A DNA stretch of 64,000 bases from Octopus vulgaris (lineage: Eukaryota). The position numbers and the translations under genes were made by a program. Positions 56,976-64,000 of the stretch are shown here, piece by piece. The DNA is taken from contig OX597815.1 in the NCBI GenBank assembly GCA_951406725.2, positions 2,046,001 to 2,110,000 on the forward strand, given 5' to 3'. The notes beneath the pieces are model-generated. The model was not told where the DNA came from and made no database searches. It was given only the letters and a program-made list of their open reading frames with translations. Within the stretch, counting starts at the first letter, position 1, and each line of letters starts with the position of its first letter.

Positions 56976-57224
56976 TTCTTTTTTTCCTTCTCCAGTTCTT
57001 TTCTGATCAGTTCGTTTTGCCCGGAAGGGATTATTCAGTTTTCTTCATGTGGTTATTGTAATTGTTATTGGCTTTGATGTAATTGCTCCTGTTTTTATTA
57101 GTTCAAATCCAGTGTAATGATGGATTAAACGGATTTAAAGTTTAAAATCCTTATTGTTTTAATCCAATACATATTAAAAGGATTTTACAAATTTCATTAT
57201 TTTTCTTCTCTTTTTACTGTGACA

Positions 57225-57430
57225 CGCTGGCAGAATCGTTAGCACGCCGAACAAAATTTTCTGGGGTATTTCGTCCTTCATTACATTCTGAGTTCAAATT
57301 TTGCCGGCGTCAGCTTTGACTTTCATCTTTTCGGAGTCGACAAAATAAGTACCAGTTGCGTCCTGGGGTCGGTTGAATCAACTTTGCCCCTCCCCGCAAA
57401 TTGCCGGTCTTGTGTCAAAACTTGGAACCA
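57225..57430 (+). mobile_element. SINE family C (related pieces at ~12135-12240, 27435-27590, 43165-43220, 48305-48450)
   Basis: ggcagaatcgttagcacgccg..ttctgagttcaaatt..aagtaccagt..ctggggtc recurring in several copies. Confidence 0.7.
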
Positions 57431-57664
57431 GTATTTTTTCTGCATTTTAATCAATTTTTATAATTGCTTATTTTCTGATTTAAGACGACGACGTTTCGAA
57501 CTTTCAGCCTCATCACCAGATTTCTAATATTTACATTCATATTGCGCTTCGATCTGCAATCGGAACCGTGTAATGTCTTATGGAAGTTGTAGAATTCAAA
57601 TGAAGACTATGTACTTCCAAGCGACATTTATTATCATCGCCCCTAATACACATTCATTTATTAT

Positions 57665-57918
57665 GTTACTTGTTTCACTCATTTCACTGCGGCCATGCTG
57701 GAGCACCGCCTTTAGTCGAGCAAATCGACCCCGGAGCTTATTCTTTGTAAGCCTAGTACTTAGTCGTTCGGTGTCTTTTGCCGAACCGCTAAGTTACGGG
57801 TACGTAAACACACCAGCATCGGATGTCAAGCGATGTTGGTGGGGTAGAGACAAAGGGAGACACACAAACATATACACGCGCATACATACATATATATATG
57901 TGTATGTATGTATGTATG

Positions 57919-57968
<50 letters not shown>

Positions 57969-58478
57969 CATATAATAATAATATTAGGGAGTAAATCCAA
58001 ACTTACAGGGAAAAACTAGATATAGGATTAAATCAAATTTCACAGTATAAATATAAATTAAATTAGAGATAAAACCACTATTAGGCAAATCAAACAGTGA
58101 AAAACATAAACCAAAACATAAAAATAAATATAATTAATATAATATACAAAATATATAAAATATAAAATTTAAAATTAAATTATTTAAATTTAAAATTTTA
58201 AATTTATATTTATAAATTTTTATATTTTTTCATATTTAAAACTTTTTGGCCTAATTGTGGTTTTATCTCTTATTTAATTTATATATATATATATATATAT
58301 ATATACATACATATACGACAGGCTTCTTCCAGTTTCCGCCTATCAGATCCACTCAAAAGGCTTTGGTCGGCTCGAGGCTATAGTAGAAGAAACTTGCCCA
58401 AGGTGCCACGCAGCGGGACTGAACTCGGAACCATATGGTTGGGAAGTAAGCTACTTACCACACAGTCACCCCCGCGCC
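57665..58478 (-). mobile_element. SINE family B, full length, with an AT-rich inverted-repeat insertion in its central microsatellite
   Basis: Tail 57665-57870, head 58315-58478; inverted arms 58051-58089 / 58245-58284. Confidence 0.8.
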
Positions 58479-58514
58479 ATATCTATGAATAATTAATACT
58501 TCAAATTTTACAGT

Positions 58515-58812
58515 GTTACGTGATCGTCCAGACTATCGAATGTTGTCATACATCACTGGTCACCGTGCACTTGGCATTCTTTTAGCTTTCGAACGACACT
58601 ACGTCGCTGGCCAGGGGAGTAGCCCAACAATTTCCCCACCGAAATTAGAAGAGTGATCCGGCGCTGGGTGGCCCATTTACAGCTGAGTGGACTGGATCAC
58701 GATGGAATGTAGTGTCTTGCTCAAGAACACGATGCACAGCCCGGTTCGGGAATCGAACCCATGATTCAGCAATCGTGACTGCAATACTCAAACCACCAGG
58801 CCATGCGCCTCC
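58515..58812 (-). mobile_element. tRNA-derived SINE, mosaic type
   Basis: Head ggaggcgcatggcctggtgg; centre shared with 26867; tail shared with 46990. Confidence 0.7.
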
Positions 58813-59342
58813 ACTTCAATTTTACAGAATTCAAATCGTGACTGTATGTAATGGCTGTCACACTGAGGTTGTATCAATGTTTACAAAACTCTGGAAATGC
58901 ATTCTAAGCAGATTCTAAGTGTTCTGTGTCTTTCCGTAGTTTCTGAGTTTCCATTGGAGGTTCTTTACAACATCAAAGAAACCTGAGGATCAGGAATATC
59001 GGAAGATATTCGGTGCGATAAAGGAAAAACTACACCGCCATGGAATGAAAGTTTCATTAGAGATAAAAACAACCCCAGTGGAAAACATAGAAACGTTTCC
59101 GTAGTTTCTGACTTTCGACAATGTCTGCCATTGTTGACGACGTTAGCAAAGTTACGAGGAGGAGGGGGAGGAGGAGGAGGAGGAGGAGGAGGCGCGAGAT
59201 GAGTCCGCCTCCTTCATCTCCATATTCAGTATGCTTGCACGTGACCTCGTCAACTGTATCATCTTCGTCTCACCCGAGCTCACTTTTCCAACCCTTAGTC
59301 TCAGCTTTCTTCCTTGTTTTATATCTATATACAGATATACGC

Positions 59343-62300
59343 ATACATACATACATACATACATACATACATACATACATACATACATACATACATACAT
59401 GCATACATACATTCATACATACGTACGTACATACATACATACATACATACATACATACATACATACATACATACATACATACATACATACATACATCCAT
59501 ACACACATACATACATACATCCATCCATACATACATACATACATACATGCATACAAACATACAAACATGCATGCATACATTCATACATACATACATACAT
59601 GCATGCATACATACATACATACATACATACATACATACATACATACATACAAACATACATACATACATACACACATACATACATACATACATACATACAT
59701 ACATACATACATACATACATACATACACACACACATACATACATACATACATACATACATACATACATACATACAAACATACATACATACATACATACAT
59801 ACAAACATACATACAAACATACATACATACATACATACATACAAACATACAAACATACATACATACATACATATATACATACATACATACAGACATGCAT
59901 ACATACATACATACATACATACATACATACATACACACATACATACATACATACATACCTACATACACACATACATACAAACATACATACATACACGCAT
60001 ACATACATGCATACATACATACATACATACATACATACATACACGCATACATACATACATACATACATACATACATACATACATACAAACATACAAACAT
60101 ACATACATACATACATACATATATACAAACATACATACAAACAAACATACATACATACACGCATACATACATACATAAATACATACATACATACATACAT
60201 GCATACATACATACATACATACATACAAACATACAAACATACATACATACATACATATATACATACACACATACATACATACATACATGCATACATACAT
60301 ACATACATACATACACACATACATACAAACATACATACATACATACACGCATACATACATGTATACATACATACATACATACATACATACACGCATACAT
60401 ACATACATACATACATACATACATACATACATACACGCATACATACATACATACATACATACATACATACAAACATACAAACATACATACATACATACAT
60501 ATATACATACATACATACATACATACATACATACATACATACATACATACACACATACATACATACATACATACATACATACATACACGCATACATACAT
60601 GCATACATACATACATACAAACATACATACATACATACATACATACAAACACACATACACACATACATACATACATACACGCATACATACATACATACAA
60701 ACATACATACAAACATACATACAAACATACATACATACATACACGCATACATACATACATACATGCATACATACATACATACATACATACATACAACACA
60801 CATACACACATACATACATACACGCATACATACATACATACAAACATACATACAAACATACATACAAACATACATACATACATACATACATACATACATA
60901 CACACATACATACATACATACGTACATACATACATACATACAAACATGCATGCATGCATACATACATGCAAGTATACATACATACATACATACATACATA
61001 CATACATACATACATACATACATACAAACATACATACATACATACATACATACATACATACATACATACATACATACATACATACATACATACATACATA
61101 CATACAAACATACAAACATACATACATACATACATATATACATACATACATACATACATACATACATACATACACATACATACATACATACACGCATACA
61201 TACATGCATACATACATACAAACATACAAACATACATACATACATACATACATACATACACGCATACATACATACATACATACATACATACAAACATACA
61301 AACATACATACATACATACATATATACATACATACATACATACATACATACATACATACATACATACATACATACATACATACATACACGCATACATACA
61401 TACATACATACATACATACATACATACATACAAACATACAAACATACATACATACATACATATATACATACATACATACATACATACATACAAACATACA
61501 AACATACATACATACATACATAAATACATACATACATTCATACATACATACATACATACACGCATACATACATATATACATACATACATGCATACATACA
61601 TACATACATACATACATACACACACACATACACACATACATACATACATACACACATACATACACACATACACACATACATACATACAAACATACATACA
61701 TACATACATACATACATACATACACACATACATACATACATACATACATACATACGTACATACATACATACATACATACAAACATGCATGCATGCATACA
61801 TACATGCATGCATACATACATACATACATACATACATACATACATACATACATACATACATACATACATACAAACATACATACATACATACATACATACA
61901 TACATACATACACGCATACATACATACATACATACATACATACATACATACATACAAACATACAAACATACATACATACATACATATATACATACATACA
62001 TACATACATACATACAAACATACATACATACATACACGCATACATACATGCATACATACATACAAACATACATACATACATACATACATACATACATACA
62101 TACATACATACATACATACATACATACATACATACAAACATACAAACATACATACATACATACATATATACATACATACATACATACATACATACAAACA
62201 TACATACATACATACATACATACATACAAACATACATACATACATACATACATACACGCATACATACATACATACATACATACATACATACATACAAACA

Positions 62301-63168
62301 TACAAACATACATACATACATACATATATACATACATACATACATACATACATACATACAAACATACAAACATACATACATACATACATAAATACATACA
62401 TACATTCATACATACATACACACATACACACATGCATACATACATACATACATACATACATACATACATACATACATACATACATACATACATACATACA
62501 CACATACACACATGCATACATACATACATACATACATACATACATACATACATACATACATACATACACACATACACACATGCATACATACATACATACA
62601 TACATACATACATACATACATACATACATACATACATACATACATACATACACACATACACACATGCATACATACATACATACATACATACATACATACA
62701 TACATACATACATACATACATACATACACACATACACACATGCATACATACATACATACATACATACATACATACATACATACATACATACATACATACA
62801 CACATACACACATGCATACATACATACATACATACATACATACATACATACATACATACATACACACATACACACATGCATACATACATACATACATACA
62901 TACATACATACATACATACATACATACATACATACATACATACACATGCATACATACATACATACATACATACATACATACATACATACATACATACATA
63001 CATACACATACACACATGCATACATACATACATACATACATACATACATACATACACACATACATACATACATACATACATACATACATACATACATACA
63101 TACATACATACATACATACATACATACATACACACATACATACATACATGCATACATACATACATACA

Positions 63169-63197
<29 letters not shown>
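59343..63197. repeat. (TACA)n microsatellite, ~3.85 kb, with variant units
   Basis: Direct reading. Confidence 0.99.
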
Positions 63198-63199
<2 letters not shown>

Positions 63200-63209
63200 G
63201 CATATGTAT

Positions 63210-63621
63210 GTCATTATTCAGTTTATTCTAAGATTTCTTGCCAATAGAGAAAGAACCGGTTTCTAACCTAGATCCAAGGTTCCTTCATTGAAATTTCAAC
63301 ATCAACAACAGGGTAATTTTGTATGTATGTATATGTATGTATGTATGTATGTATATGTACAAATTTGTATGTTTTGCTTTACGTATGTATTCTCATGCAT
63401 ATAACTGCATATCTAGACATGTTCATATATATTTAAATGACAAATTTCTGGAAAGTTTTACAGATTTTTGCAGTTCCACTGATGGATTGGATCTGTAGTC
63501 TTCGAATCAGCTTTCTCCTTTCTGGTTTTGAGAAGCCTAATTTCTCAAGATTGGCATTAAGGCAGTGTGTTACATATCCCAGGACCCCAATAATTACAGG
63601 TATAAAGCTGAACTTGTAATC
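63210..63621 (-). mobile_element. RLE-type non-LTR retrotransposon 3' end
   Basis: 63433-63621 open frame DYKFSFIPVIIGVLGYV...RLQIQSISGTAKICKTFQKFVI*, parallel to Dong IPIIVGALG...QK.ALLGTA. Confidence 0.7.
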
Positions 63622-63732
63622 CGTATGTATGTATGTATATATGTACGTACATATGTATGTATATATGTATAAACTAATACATCTGTTTGTTGTCTACACA
63701 CCCATCTTAGTCTTTTGTTTTGTTCTTTTTTG

Positions 63733-63766
<34 letters not shown>

Positions 63767-63913
63767 CATAACTAAGGGCAAACGAAAAAATTTCTAATGC
63801 CAGATATGCCGAAAAATTAGACATATTGTCCATTAACCATATAATTTTTTCACAATATGCACGCTACTCGAAAAAAGGTCGACAGAAATTTCTAAAACAT
63901 TCCATTATTACCA

Positions 63914-63966
63914 TATCGGACCGATTTCAGGGTTAACTCATAACAGCCCTCCCTTCGTCAGTGATA
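63914..63966 (-). ncRNA. Minimal hammerhead-like motif
   Basis: TATCA CTGACGA AGGG...CCCT GAAA TCGG TC CGATA; intact core, GUC triplet, one stem I mismatch. Confidence 0.6.
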
Positions 63967-64000
63967 CGTGTGGCAAAAGGAATAAATGGGATACTTACTC

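Noticed and set aside
59121-63266. Very long ORFs (up to 1076 aa) of MYVC/HTYI, also at 2.2, 7.0 and 51.5 kb
   Set aside because: Stop-free translations of (TACA)n/(TATG)n in several frames on both strands

Overview
Eukaryotic, AT-rich, repeat-dominated DNA. The SINE, microsatellite and Penelope content looks like a coleoid cephalopod, probably Octopus; this is recalled pattern, not a database result. No intact host gene is supported. Nearly all long ORFs in the track are microsatellite translations. The window holds many tRNA-derived SINEs, decayed non-LTR retrotransposons (R4/Dong-type in (TAA)n, RTE, CR1/L2-like, an L1/Tx1-like ORF1), Penelope-like fragments with minimal hammerhead ribozymes next to (TA)n, Tc1/mariner, hAT and Helitron derivatives, and very long simple repeats. 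Highlights: (1) a stop-riddled FoxJ1-like N-terminal fragment at 37.7-38.0 kb that the ORF track misses; (2) a 26-bp minisatellite derived from a mariner transposase coding sequence; (3) one canonical and several variant-core hammerhead motifs; (4) different retroelements each associated with a different microsatellite motif; (5) a shared 3' hairpin module between a LINE and a SINE family. The 2.9-4.8 kb duplication looks like an assembly artefact. I do not claim a proven new biological system; the leads are listed with tests.
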